DNA of 64,000 nt from Terriglobia bacterium (GTDB lineage: Bacteria; Acidobacteriota; Terriglobia; Acidiferrales; UBA7541). The stretch is taken from assembly GCA_963695545.1 (NCBI GenBank), contig OY968796.1:2496001-2560000 (forward strand), written 5' to 3'. This document shows positions 1 to 10,084 of this stretch, piece by piece; positions within the stretch are counted from its first letter, which is position 1, and each line of letters starts with the position of its first letter. A program made the position numbers and the translations under genes. A model generated the notes under the pieces. It was given only the letters and a program-made list of their open reading frames with translations. It ran no database searches and was not told the DNA's origin.

Positions 1-414
1 GAGAAGGCAAGAGTGCGATGGCCTTCGCGAGTGTGGACCATATAGTGGGACAGCTCTTCGGTGCCATGCCACGCCCGGATGGAAGCGGGAGTTTCCTGCA
101 CGATCAAGCGAAAAGTTGGTGCGAAAGCTGGCGGCGCGGCCGCGATGCGTACAGGCGGATGGCTACCATATGTTAAATGAAACAATACGGTTACCGCAGC
201 TCGATTAAAGGGAATTTCGGCGACGATAGGTGTTGGCAAGTTGCGCAGAGCAAATTCATCCGATCCAAAAATTACTTGACACTCTGGAGGGTAGAGGTAT
301 TAACTTCCAAGGTCGAAGGCTGCGATTTCGGCCGAGCCTGAACCCGTGTGGGGACATGGGTACGGTTGAAAGCGCGGCAGGGGTGGTTTAGTACAATTGA
401 ACCTAGGAGGGCAA

Positions 415-3400
415 ATGGTCCGAGTAGACCGCCGTATCTCGGCGTTGTGCTGCGTTTTTGTTGCGCTCGCGTTGGTGCTTTTAATTCCGTTTAACTCATT
501 CGCTCAAAACGTAGCTGTCGCAGAAGTCTCGGGTCAGATTTTGGATCCGACGGGCGCATCTGTGCCTGATGCCAAGGTGACGATGACCGAAGCCGACAAA
601 AACGTGGATCACACCACGTTGTCGGACGCCGACGGCAGATATTTGTTTCCGAACCTGCCGGTGGGCCCCTACAAATTGACGGTGGAGAAAACAAGTTTCA
701 AGACCTACGTGCAGACCGGGATCGTGTTGCAAGTGAACGATCACATCGCCATGAACGTGACGATGCAGCTCGGCGCCGTTTCCGAAAGCGTGGTGGTTCA
801 GGCTGGCGCCTTGATGGTGCAGACAGACACCGCCGCCGTATCGAACGTGGTTACTGGGGATCAGATCAGCAATCTCCCCCTGAACGGCCGCTTCGCCTCC
901 GAACTCATCTCCATGGCGGGTGTGTCCTCCGCGTACCAGCAGTCGTCGCCAACCTCTGGCTATGGCGATTTGACGGGGAGCAAGAGTTTCTTTAGTTCTT
1001 TCGCGGTCTCCGTGGCCGGCTCGCAATACAACGGCGTGAACTATCTTCTTGACGGCGGCATGAACAACGACACGTACGCGTTCGTGAACCTGCCATTTCC
1101 GTTCCCCGATGCGCTGGCGGAATTCAGCGTGGAAACCGACGCGCTTCCGGCCCAGACGGGCACGAAGGCGGGCGGGGTGGTGAACGTGGTGACGAAATCG
1201 GGCACCAACGACCTGCACGGCAATTTATTTGAATACCTGCGCAACGGAGATTTTAACGCGCGCGCCCATCCGTTCTTCACCGGTCCGCAGCCGGGAAGCG
1301 GGGGCACGCTGGCGACGAATTGCCAAGCCGATAACCCGTCAAATATCGCGAGCGTGGTCGCGGCGGCGAACGCTGCCGGGACCAGTGGCAACACCGCGGG
1401 AATTGCGGACGGCGGCGTGACGGGTAACTCGTGCGACATCCTGCGCCGCAACCAATTTGGCGGCACGCTGGGCGGCAAAATAATTAAGGATAAGCTTTTC
1501 TACTTCATGGGATATCAGGGCACGCGGATTTCCCAAGTCGGCGGCGCGACCACTAACGAGCCCACTCAGGACGAGATCGCCGACGGGGATCTCGCGCCCT
1601 ATTTCAACGACCTTGAGAGCTCGAAGAACCTGCTGGGCAACACGACCAACTACTGGGCAGGCCAAGCGAACTGCACGATCAAGTCGAATGCGACCTCGGG
1701 CCTTTCGACATCGCTCGCCACGCCTACGCCGTACTTCGGCGGCGCAGCGGGAAGTGCGAACCCCACCCTCGATCCGACCGATACGCAGGATCGTTTGCAG
1801 GCCGGCCAAACCTTTGATCCGATCGCGCTCAAGCTATTTGGCACGAACATGGTGCCGTACGGGCCGGGGCAAGGAACAAATCCCGCTGGCGCGAATTACA
1901 ATCCTTGCGGTTACCTTACGTACGCCGTTCCCTCGGTGCAAAACGAGGACCAGGTGATCGGCCGCATCGACTATGTGGTGAGCTCGAAGCAAACGCTTTT
2001 CGGGCGTTACTTCATCGACGACTTCACAGACCCTGATGCGAATACGCTCGCCGGGGGAACCAATCTTTTGCTGACCAGCTCGCCGGGCGTTTTTCAGAGG
2101 GCGCAGGCGTTCACGTTGGGGGACAGCTACTCGATCTCGCCGACCACGATCAACTCACTGCATCTAACCTGGAACCGCCGGCGGGACAACCGCACCACGC
2201 TGATTCCGGAAAGTTTGGCGACGCTGGGCGCAACGACGTATACCGAGACGAACGCCTTCCTGCAGATCACCGGACCGTTCAGCATCGGCAGCGGCACGGG
2301 CAACCTTGGCCATTTCAACGTGAACTCGTGGCAGGTTTCCGACGACGTCGATCTGATCCGCGGCAGGAATCACTTCACAATGGGAGCGGATCTGATTCGC
2401 ACTCAGGACAATACGCTCACCAACTACGAGAACGACGGCACACTTAGTTTCGGCACGACTTTCACGGGCAACGCTCTTGGCGATTTGTTGATGGGCGCCT
2501 GGAGCGGGTACAGCCAGAGCCGTCCGCAACAAGTGGCGTTCCGGGCGACGTTCCCGGCGTTTTATTTCCAGGATGTCATGCGCGTACGCAACGACCTAAC
2601 GATAAACGCGGGGTTGCGCTGGGAGCCGGAGCTGTTCCCGTACGACCTCCAGGGCCGCGGAGCGACGTTCAACCTGCAGGCTTTCCTCGAAAACGAACGG
2701 AGCCCGCAGTACGCCGCCGATTGCACGACAGCGGCGCTGGCAGTTAACCCGAACGCCTGTCCTCCGGCTGGATTCTTTTTTGACGGAGACCCGGGCCAGG
2801 GGAAGGCGTACTCATCGAGCCGCATCCTCAATCTCGCGCCTCGGCTGGGTATCGCGTGGAATCCATTCGGCAGTCAGAAACAGGTGTTTCGCGCGGGTGG
2901 CGGAATCTTCTATGACGACGCCGCGGTCTGGTGGAGTCAGCGGCTGACTTCGGACCCGCCGGGCATTGACGAAATCGACCTCACGCAGAGCCTTTCGAGC
3001 CTGGCGCCTGCGACGTCCCAGTTCTGCGGAACCTTGAGCCACCCGTGGTTGTACTACAACTCCGCAGGGTGCCAGGGCGCTCCGCTGGCGGGCAATCTAA
3101 ACGGCGGCACAGTTCCTTCGGGGACTTTCGCCGACGGGCCGTTCCCGGCGGTGCATGATTTTCCGTCGAACGCCCTTTGGGTGGTGATCCCGCCGAACGT
3201 CAAGCCGACGTATGTGGGTGAATGGACGGCAAGTTACCAGATTCAGTTCGCCAGCAACTGGATATTCACCGCATCGTACCTGGGCAACAAGTCCACCCAT
3301 CTGCCGTTGGGCTATTCCATTAACTTCTCCGAGACGCCTTTGGAGAACCTCGGGCAGCCGAACGTCTGCTTCTTGCCCGCCGCGGGAGTGGTCGCCACGG

Positions 3401-4440
3401 CTTCGGAACCGATTTGCGCCAGCGGAAACGAGCCACAGCGCCAGTATCTGAATCTTCTGGCGGGCGGGTCGGTTACAGCGAAGGCCGTGACCACAAACCT
3501 TGGTGTAAACGAGCTGAGCGGTGCAATGGAAATGGGCACGGATTCCAACAATGCCAACTACAACGCGTTGCTGGTAACCCTGAACCATCGCTTCTCGCAC
3601 GGATTCACGTGGCTGGCCAACTACACGTACAGCCACTGCTTCGATGAGGGAGAAGCGCAGGGCGACCTGAACGGCAACACCTTCTATCAAAACCAGCTGA
3701 ACTTTGACGGCAACTACGGGAGCTGCACTTTCGATATACGCAGCTTGTTCAACACGTCGGTGGTCGCAACTACGGTGATGAAGGGCGGTTGGAAGGGCCA
3801 TTTACTGGGCGGGTGGCAAATTGCTCCGAACGTCCGCGTGGTTAGTGGAGCACCGCTCAATTTCACGATTGGGGACAACACGCTGACGGGCGGCTCGAGC
3901 CAAGCTACGTTTGAGGATTTCACGGCGGGATGTAATGCGGCCGGGGCATACTCGAACGGCTTGGAGAAGGGCTACTCGTGGCTGAATCAAAGCTGCTTGC
4001 TCGAGGAAGCGAACACAACCTCAGCAGGGACAGCACAAGAACTGGTGAACCCGGTTTACACCAACACCGTGACGTGCACGGGGACGGCGACGAGTACCTG
4101 CCCAACGGGCACGACGGGCCTGGTGATCTCCAGCGGGACCACCGGCTCTGGACAGTTCGGCTTAATCCAGCGGAACTTTCTGCGGGCTCCCGGAGCGATC
4201 AACTTCGACATGTCGATCAGCCGGATGTTCCCGATTCACGAGCGGTTGCAGGCGGAGTTCCAGTTCGAAGCCTTCAACGTTTTCAACCACTGGAATCCGG
4301 CGGCACCGAGCGGCGGTTCGCCGACCGGCACGACGGGCTCCCAGAACCTGGGATACATCACAAGCGCGGCACTATCGGGGATTATCCCGACGCAAACCGA
4401 CCCGCGCGTGCTCCAGTTCGCTGTGAAGTTGCACTTCTAA
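415..4440 (+). CDS. TonB-dependent receptor (Oar-like) with N-terminal carboxypeptidase-regulatory-like domain
   Basis: AGGAGG RBS before ATG 415; signal peptide ending SFA-Q; 'GQILDPTGASVPDAKVT...GRYLFPNLPVGPY' domain; plug motifs 'LPLNGR', 'YLLDG', 'EFSVET', 'GGVVNVVTKSGTN'; C-terminal 'PRVLQFAVKLHF' with terminal Phe. Confidence 0.92.
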   Translation: MVRVDRRISALCCVFVALALVLLIPFNSFAQNVAVAEVSGQILDPTGASVPDAKVTMTEADKNVDHTTLSDADGRYLFPNLPVGPYKLTVEKTSFKTYVQTGIVLQVNDHIAMNVTMQLGAVSESVVVQAGALMVQTDTAAVSNVVTGDQISNLPLNGRFASELISMAGVSSAYQQSSPTSGYGDLTGSKSFFSSFAVSVAGSQYNGVNYLLDGGMNNDTYAFVNLPFPFPDALAEFSVETDALPAQTGTKAGGVVNVVTKSGTNDLHGNLFEYLRNGDFNARAHPFFTGPQPGSGGTLATNCQADNPSNIASVVAAANAAGTSGNTAGIADGGVTGNSCDILRRNQFGGTLGGKIIKDKLFYFMGYQGTRISQVGGATTNEPTQDEIADGDLAPYFNDLESSKNLLGNTTNYWAGQANCTIKSNATSGLSTSLATPTPYFGGAAGSANPTLDPTDTQDRLQAGQTFDPIALKLFGTNMVPYGPGQGTNPAGANYNPCGYLTYAVPSVQNEDQVIGRIDYVVSSKQTLFGRYFIDDFTDPDANTLAGGTNLLLTSSPGVFQRAQAFTLGDSYSISPTTINSLHLTWNRRRDNRTTLIPESLATLGATTYTETNAFLQITGPFSIGSGTGNLGHFNVNSWQVSDDVDLIRGRNHFTMGADLIRTQDNTLTNYENDGTLSFGTTFTGNALGDLLMGAWSGYSQSRPQQVAFRATFPAFYFQDVMRVRNDLTINAGLRWEPELFPYDLQGRGATFNLQAFLENERSPQYAADCTTAALAVNPNACPPAGFFFDGDPGQGKAYSSSRILNLAPRLGIAWNPFGSQKQVFRAGGGIFYDDAAVWWSQRLTSDPPGIDEIDLTQSLSSLAPATSQFCGTLSHPWLYYNSAGCQGAPLAGNLNGGTVPSGTFADGPFPAVHDFPSNALWVVIPPNVKPTYVGEWTASYQIQFASNWIFTASYLGNKSTHLPLGYSINFSETPLENLGQPNVCFLPAAGVVATASEPICASGNEPQRQYLNLLAGGSVTAKAVTTNLGVNELSGAMEMGTDSNNANYNALLVTLNHRFSHGFTWLANYTYSHCFDEGEAQGDLNGNTFYQNQLNFDGNYGSCTFDIRSLFNTSVVATTVMKGGWKGHLLGGWQIAPNVRVVSGAPLNFTIGDNTLTGGSSQATFEDFTAGCNAAGAYSNGLEKGYSWLNQSCLLEEANTTSAGTAQELVNPVYTNTVTCTGTATSTCPTGTTGLVISSGTTGSGQFGLIQRNFLRAPGAINFDMSISRMFPIHERLQAEFQFEAFNVFNHWNPAAPSGGSPTGTTGSQNLGYITSAALSGIIPTQTDPRVLQFAVKLHF

Positions 4441-4464
4441 AACACGGCGGAATAAACCCTTACC

Positions 4465-4514
4465 GGCCCCGATGGAAACTCGATTTTCGAGTTCTCGTCG
4501 GGGCCCTTTTATTT
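4465..4514 (+). terminator. Probable intrinsic terminator of the receptor gene
   Basis: Hairpin GGCCCCGATGGAAACTCGA-TTT-TCGAGTTCTCGTCGGGGCC followed by CTTTTATTT, about 25 nt after the stop. Confidence 0.75.
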
Positions 4515-4644
4515 GCGCGGAAGTTCCGTAAGGCAAGCGCGAGGACACAGGATCGTGGTTGCCGTGGCACGGCTCGTGGCTGCGGGTAGGAGTAGGGGGG
4601 GCTATTTGACGCAGAAACGGGCCGGCGGCGCGATCGGGAGGGCC

Positions 4645-5868
4645 TTAGGCTGCGCGGTGGCGAGGATTGGCGGGCAGCGCGGAAATGGCTGCGGCGCCGA
4701 CGAGCGTCAAACCGACAAGCAAAAGAAAGCCGGAGGAGTAGCTGCCGCGCGCGTCGTGCAATTTGGCGATCATCCAGGGAGACGTGGCTTCGGCGACGCC
4801 GCTGGCGGTGAGGATCACGCCCATGAGGCGGCCTAGAACTTCGACGCCGAAAATTTCGGCGGTCATCAGCGGAATCACCATGTAGTCGCCACCGAGGCCG
4901 AGGCCGAAAACGGCGGCGAAAGTATAAATCGCGAAATGCGATTGGTTGAGGAACAGAAGAGGAATGGCACCGGCGACTAAGAAAAAAATGAGCAGCATCA
5001 CGTGTTTGATGGGGATGCGGTCGGCGAGCCAGCCCATCAACAGGCGGCCCACGATGCTCGAGGCTAGAACGAGGGACAGGATGCGCGCGGCGCTGGATTG
5101 CGAGAAGTGCTGGTCAACGCTGAGGAAGAGTTTCAGATTTTGTTGCACGCCGGCGAGCGCTGCGATCGAGCACATGCTGCCGGCGGTGAGCAGATAGAAG
5201 GCGCCGGATTTGAACGCGGCGAGCGATGAACGCGGAGCCGGCGCAGGGCCGCGGCGGACTTCGCCGGGCGATTCCTTCACGAAGTAAGCCAGCGGGAACG
5301 CGATGATCACGATGAACACGCCAATCGTTTCGAGCGCGGCGCGCCAGCCGTAGCGTTCGACAAGCGCGGCGGAGAGCAGCGGCACCACCGCGCCTCCAAA
5401 ACCGATTCCGAGATACGCGATGCCCATGGCCTTGCCGCGAGCTTTATCGAACCAGCGCGAGACCAACACCTGAGCGGGAAGCGGACCGCCGCAGACGTAG
5501 CCGAGCGCGTTGAAGATGTAAAAGAAATAAAAACCGCTGAGAGTGGAGACGCGGCCGAGTCCGACGAGAGCGATGCCCGCCATCAGGATGCCGGCCATCA
5601 TCAAACGGCGCGGGCCGAAGCGGTCCACCAACCAGCCGGCGAGGAATCCGAACGCTGGTCCGATGACGAGCTTGCTGAGGGCATTGCCGGAGGTGACTTC
5701 GCCGCGCGTCCAGCCGAACTGGCGGACCATGAAATCGTAATAGAAGGGAAGGCCGTAGAGCGCGAGGCCCACGACGCAGAAAAGGCCGGCGAAGGCCGTG
5801 GCTGCGACTTGCAGCGCGCCGGGGCGCAGCGTGGGCGTGGCGGTGGGTGCGGTGGGGGGCTCGCTCAC
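4645..5868 (-). CDS. MFS transporter
   Basis: About 12 hydrophobic segments; MFS motif A 'GWLVDRFGPRR' and repeat 'GWLADRIPIK'. Confidence 0.9.
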   Translation of the reverse strand: MSEPPTAPTATPTLRPGALQVAATAFAGLFCVVGLALYGLPFYYDFMVRQFGWTRGEVTSGNALSKLVIGPAFGFLAGWLVDRFGPRRLMMAGILMAGIALVGLGRVSTLSGFYFFYIFNALGYVCGGPLPAQVLVSRWFDKARGKAMGIAYLGIGFGGAVVPLLSAALVERYGWRAALETIGVFIVIIAFPLAYFVKESPGEVRRGPAPAPRSSLAAFKSGAFYLLTAGSMCSIAALAGVQQNLKLFLSVDQHFSQSSAARILSLVLASSIVGRLLMGWLADRIPIKHVMLLIFFLVAGAIPLLFLNQSHFAIYTFAAVFGLGLGGDYMVIPLMTAEIFGVEVLGRLMGVILTASGVAEATSPWMIAKLHDARGSYSSGFLLLVGLTLVGAAAISALPANPRHRAA

Positions 5869-5923
5869 GACGCGTGGGTCTCGGGGCGCGGCGCGGGCGA
5901 GGGCGTCGGCGCAGATCGCGTTG

Positions 5924-8089
5924 TCACGGTTTGGGCGCCGCGGCTTGCTGTTGCTGATATTTATCGAACCAGGTTTTCACCTGCGCATCGAGCGCGGCGA
6001 GATCGGGTTTCGATTGCGCGATAGCTTGCGAATCCTTCCACTCTTTTTGCAAATCGCCGACGTTTACGGTTGAGCCGACGCGAATGAACAGCGGAAGTTG
6101 ATAGGTGTCGGCGGGCACGGTGATGGTTTTGCCGCCGGCGTAAATTTTGGTGGGCCGCCAAGCGTCGCGCCAGCGGGAACCACGAGGCAGATAGACATCT
6201 TGCGTGCGCTGACCATTTTTCCAAACTGGGGAGACCACGAGATCTGGGCCGTACTCGTAGGTCCACCAGTTGGTCCATGCCGCGGGAGATTTCGGATCGA
6301 CGAGAAAGAGCGGGCGAATGATGGGCATGCCGGTTGCGTGGGCCTGCTGCGCGGCGGCGTAACTGTAGGCGGCGAGTCGATCGTGCAGGCGGGCGTAGAG
6401 GCGCCAGAGGGCGATGAGATCGGTGTCGTAGCTGGGCGTGCGCGGGAGATCCCAGAAGCCGACGTTGCGCGTGGGGCCGACTTCCATAATCGGCGTGAAG
6501 GCGCTGAAGGCCAGCCAACGGCCGCAAATTTCCTGCTCGACGAGAAGCGTGTAGCCGCAAGTGTCCGTGCCCCAATTTGGGTAACCATCGACGGCGTTGC
6601 GCTGCGCGGCGATGATTTCGGCACGCAGACCGTACTCGGTGCCGGCGACGTCGCCGCCCCAGAAAACCCCGTACGCGGAGCTGCCGGTGTAAGCGGCGCG
6701 CGGCATGAGCACGAAATCCTGATCGGGATGAAATTTCAGGGAGATGTCGTAAGCGGCTTTGATGTACATCGGAGGATAGGCGTCGCGATCTTCGCGGATG
6801 GAGCGGCCATCGAAAATGCGAAAGGGGCCGGATTCGGGGATGTCCTCTTCAGAGCGATCCATTTTGAAGCCTTCGACGCCGATTTTTAGTAATTTCGCGA
6901 CGCCGTCTTGCCAAAAAGCTTTCGCGGCGGGATTCGAGAAATCGGCCATCGGATAATCTCGGAGCGGATCGGTTTGGCCGGGGAGGTTGTAACCTTTGGC
7001 GAGCGCTTCTTGTTCCATCTTCCCTTGGAAGAAGGGGCCGATCCACATGATCATGTGCGAATTTTGCTGCTTGATCCATTGGATGGACGCCTCGAAATTC
7101 GGCATGCGCTGCGTATCGATCTCGAAATCGTCGTAGCCCTGCGGGCCGGGGCCCCACGGGCGATCGATCCACATGATCGAGTTTGGAATGCCGAAGGCCT
7201 TCATCATCAGAACGTCTTCCATAAACTCGGAATTGAAGGGGCCGGTGACGGGCGTGCCGTCGTAGTAGGTGGCGCGCTCGGTGTTTTCGTCACGCCAGCG
7301 CCACGGGCCGTAGATCCATTTCGGCGGAAGGAATGGCGGGCCGGCGTCCATGGCGTGCTCGCGGACAAGTTCCGCGGGATCGCGCGATGTGTAGATTTTT
7401 AATTCGAGCGAGGGGCCTTCAAATTCGATTCGCACGCGCGAGGGGTCGGTGGCGCAGAAATCGAAATGGCCGGGCCAATCGGTCTTGACGAAAACGGCGT
7501 AGCCGCGCGAGGAGATGTAAAACGGAGCGTAAACCGAAAGCGTGGGCTTCAAGATCATATCGATTTGTTGGCCGCGCAAATTCAGGACTTCCGTGCGGCC
7601 GGCGGACCACGTCAATTGTTGCGGGCCGTCGACCAGGCGCTCCATGATGCCGGTGAAAAATTCGTCCTTGCCGGATTCGATTGAGAGGCCCCATTTCGAG
7701 ATGCCGGCGGAGGGTTGTGCGGAGAGGTGCACAGTAAAATTATCGCCGTCGGGCACGACGGAGAGTTTGACGACGCGGCCGTCGGGCATCGTGGCCTGGC
7801 CTTCGATCGCGCCATTTTTCTGAGGTGTCGCGATCAGCGAACCGGGAAGGGAAGCGCGGCCTTGCAACGTCTCGATGTAAAGGCCGTCGATGCGCAGGGC
7901 GCGGGCTTCCGCGCCCGATCCGAAAGGCGCCAAGGATTTCGAGGGCAGCGCGATCACAGCGGACGCGGCGGAATTCGAGGCGCTTTGATCCTGCGCGGGC
8001 ATCGTGGCCGGAGCGGATTGCGCTGCGGCGGAGGACGCTGCGAACGCTGCGAGCGCGAGAAGCAAGGCGAACCCTGGGCGACATTTCAT
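5924..8089 (-). CDS. Secreted glycoside hydrolase family 31 (alpha-glucosidase/alpha-xylosidase-like)
   Basis: Signal peptide; GH31 motifs 'DFSNPAAKAFW', 'GFKMDRSEE' (nucleophile), 'WGGD' (acid/base), 'GTDTCGY', 'GMPIIRPL', 'VYLPRGSRW'. Confidence 0.9.
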   Translation of the reverse strand: MKCRPGFALLLALAAFAASSAAAQSAPATMPAQDQSASNSAASAVIALPSKSLAPFGSGAEARALRIDGLYIETLQGRASLPGSLIATPQKNGAIEGQATMPDGRVVKLSVVPDGDNFTVHLSAQPSAGISKWGLSIESGKDEFFTGIMERLVDGPQQLTWSAGRTEVLNLRGQQIDMILKPTLSVYAPFYISSRGYAVFVKTDWPGHFDFCATDPSRVRIEFEGPSLELKIYTSRDPAELVREHAMDAGPPFLPPKWIYGPWRWRDENTERATYYDGTPVTGPFNSEFMEDVLMMKAFGIPNSIMWIDRPWGPGPQGYDDFEIDTQRMPNFEASIQWIKQQNSHMIMWIGPFFQGKMEQEALAKGYNLPGQTDPLRDYPMADFSNPAAKAFWQDGVAKLLKIGVEGFKMDRSEEDIPESGPFRIFDGRSIREDRDAYPPMYIKAAYDISLKFHPDQDFVLMPRAAYTGSSAYGVFWGGDVAGTEYGLRAEIIAAQRNAVDGYPNWGTDTCGYTLLVEQEICGRWLAFSAFTPIMEVGPTRNVGFWDLPRTPSYDTDLIALWRLYARLHDRLAAYSYAAAQQAHATGMPIIRPLFLVDPKSPAAWTNWWTYEYGPDLVVSPVWKNGQRTQDVYLPRGSRWRDAWRPTKIYAGGKTITVPADTYQLPLFIRVGSTVNVGDLQKEWKDSQAIAQSKPDLAALDAQVKTWFDKYQQQQAAAPKP

Positions 8090-8235
8090 TTGCGTAGTTC
8101 CCTCATTTTGCTATTGGGGCGTGCGCGGGATTCCGAATTCCGCTTGGTGAGATTCCTCGTTTTCGGATGCGGTTTCAAGTAAAAAAATGCGCTGCGGGAA
8201 AATTACGACGCCGTGGAAAATAGCGCGCGAGGCGC

Positions 8236-9171
8236 TTAGCGGTTCAGCGCGTCGCGAAGGAACGCGACGGCTTGCGGGGCGTCGCTTGCAAAATTCGCGG
8301 TGTGCGCGTCAATGCTGATTCCGCTGGTGTAATTGATCTCGCGGAGTGCGGCGAAGAAAGGCGCATAGTTGTACTCGTCCCAGCGCGCGGGGAAAACGCG
8401 GCCGTTGGGATTCGAGAAGTGGAAATGGCGGACGTAATCTTTCGCGGCGACGATCGCGGAAGGATCTTCGTGGGTTTGATCGAGGTAGTAGATGTCGAGA
8501 ACCAGCTGGATGTTTGGATCGTCGACTGCGCGCACCAGCTGCACACCTTCGGCGACGCTGTTGATGATGTTCGTTTCCTCTTGGCTTTGCGGCTCGACGG
8601 TGACGACAATGTTGCGCTCGCGGGCTTCGGGCGCAATGCGTTTCAGGAAGTCCACGAGTTGATCGAACGCGGCGTCGTGCGAAAAACCGTCGGGAACTCG
8701 GCGTGCGGCGCCGCTGCCGAGGACGATGATGTGCGCGTTCAGCGCGGCGACACGATCCATGGCTTTGCGGACGTACGCCATCTGTTGGTCTTTGTCGATG
8801 TTGGGGCCGGTCAGCTTGATTGTCGGGGGAATAAAAACGTCGGTGGCGAGAACCGGGAAGCCGCCCTGTTTCACTTCGTTCTTCAACTGCGCGAAATCCG
8901 CGTCGGAGAGCGAAACGATTTCAGCGGTGCTAAGTTCGACGTAATCGAAGCCGGCGCCTTTGGTGGCGCTGATCATTTTGACGGTTCCGCACGCGCCGAT
9001 CTTAATTGCTGGAGATTCGCTCCTGCCGACCGCGAGGAACAGTAGCGCGACGCAGCAGAGGACCAGGCAACGCAGTGTGAGGCGGGACAGGCGACCGCCA
9101 AAAGCTTGGCCGCTTGATGCGCGGTGCGAATTTTTCGGACGAACAAACATCGGCAACATTGTCTCTCTCAT
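8236..9171 (-). CDS. Exported sugar-phosphate isomerase/epimerase family protein (xylose-isomerase-like TIM barrel), copy 1
   Basis: 'GFDYVEL', 'VEP', 'LDIYY', 'HFH' pattern; N-terminal hydrophobic signal; ATG 9171 overlaps the upstream stop (ATGA); start uncertain. Confidence 0.82.
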   Translation of the reverse strand: MRETMLPMFVRPKNSHRASSGQAFGGRLSRLTLRCLVLCCVALLFLAVGRSESPAIKIGACGTVKMISATKGAGFDYVELSTAEIVSLSDADFAQLKNEVKQGGFPVLATDVFIPPTIKLTGPNIDKDQQMAYVRKAMDRVAALNAHIIVLGSGAARRVPDGFSHDAAFDQLVDFLKRIAPEARERNIVVTVEPQSQEETNIINSVAEGVQLVRAVDDPNIQLVLDIYYLDQTHEDPSAIVAAKDYVRHFHFSNPNGRVFPARWDEYNYAPFFAALREINYTSGISIDAHTANFASDAPQAVAFLRDALNR

Positions 9172-9998
9172 GCTTCGGCCGTGATGCATAGGTGCCAGCC
9201 CAAGCGGCGCTCAAGGGCGCGAAAAAGCGCGGGTGGCATTGCGCGGAAATAAAATTCCTTCACGTAGCGATACTGCAGATAGTCCGCAACGCGATAAGGA
9301 AATATGTGGTCTACGTTGACGTCGCGGACATGGAAACCGTGGCGTTCGAGGAGTTCGCGGCCTTCGCGGCGCGAAAATGTGTAGGTGATGGGGCAGCCGG
9401 TTTGCGCCTCGGAATTCTTGGCGACGAGTTCTGGAAGTTTCCAGAATCGGCCATGACCTTCGCCGAGGAGAATCCCCAGCACTTTCCAGGAGCGCCGGTG
9501 ATAGACCATGATTTTCACGGTCGTTCCGGGATGGGCGTAAGAGCGAAGCTCTTCGAGGACGCGGTCCGGGTGGGGCGTGTGGTGAATCACGCCGAAGGAA
9601 TAAATGAGATCGTACGGTGCGGCGGGCGCGAAGCTGCGCAACTCTTCCGCGTTGCCGCGGTAAAACTGCACCTGATCCTGAACGCCGTAGACGACGGTGC
9701 GCTGGCGGGCCAGCTCGACGGATTTTTCGGAGAGATCGACGCTGGTGACGCGCGCGCCGTGACGCGCGAAATTCACGGTGTCGGTGCCGATGCCGCAACC
9801 GATTTCCAAAACCGATTTGCCGCGCCAGCGCTCAAATTCGGCGAAAGCCGGAATGTGCGGCTCGACGCGATATTTGCGCGCTTCGACTTCGTCGAAATAT
9901 TCCTTCGTGCCAACCGGTTGGGACGAGTGGCGGATGTTACAGGGACGCGTGTCCCAGTAATCCTGGACGCGATTGATGGCGACTTCTTCAAATCCCAT
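9168..9998 (-). CDS. Class I SAM-dependent methyltransferase
   Basis: Motif I 'VLEIGCGIGTD', 'VDLS', 'YDLIYSFGVIHHTP'. Confidence 0.9.
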   Translation of the reverse strand: MGFEEVAINRVQDYWDTRPCNIRHSSQPVGTKEYFDEVEARKYRVEPHIPAFAEFERWRGKSVLEIGCGIGTDTVNFARHGARVTSVDLSEKSVELARQRTVVYGVQDQVQFYRGNAEELRSFAPAAPYDLIYSFGVIHHTPHPDRVLEELRSYAHPGTTVKIMVYHRRSWKVLGILLGEGHGRFWKLPELVAKNSEAQTGCPITYTFSRREGRELLERHGFHVRDVNVDHIFPYRVADYLQYRYVKEFYFRAMPPALFRALERRLGWHLCITAEA

Positions 9999-10084
9999 GG
10001 TGAGCGCGAATGCCGGGCGGCCGGCTCGTACGATGCGATGCCCAGAACTACGATTTCAATTGTATCGCTTTGCGGCGCGCGGAG

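Noticed and set aside
151..178. dif-like site (ATATGTTAAAT resembles the XerD arm)
   Set aside because: The XerC-side 11-mer (ACAGGCGGATG) has no resemblance to the consensus and gives no inner palindrome
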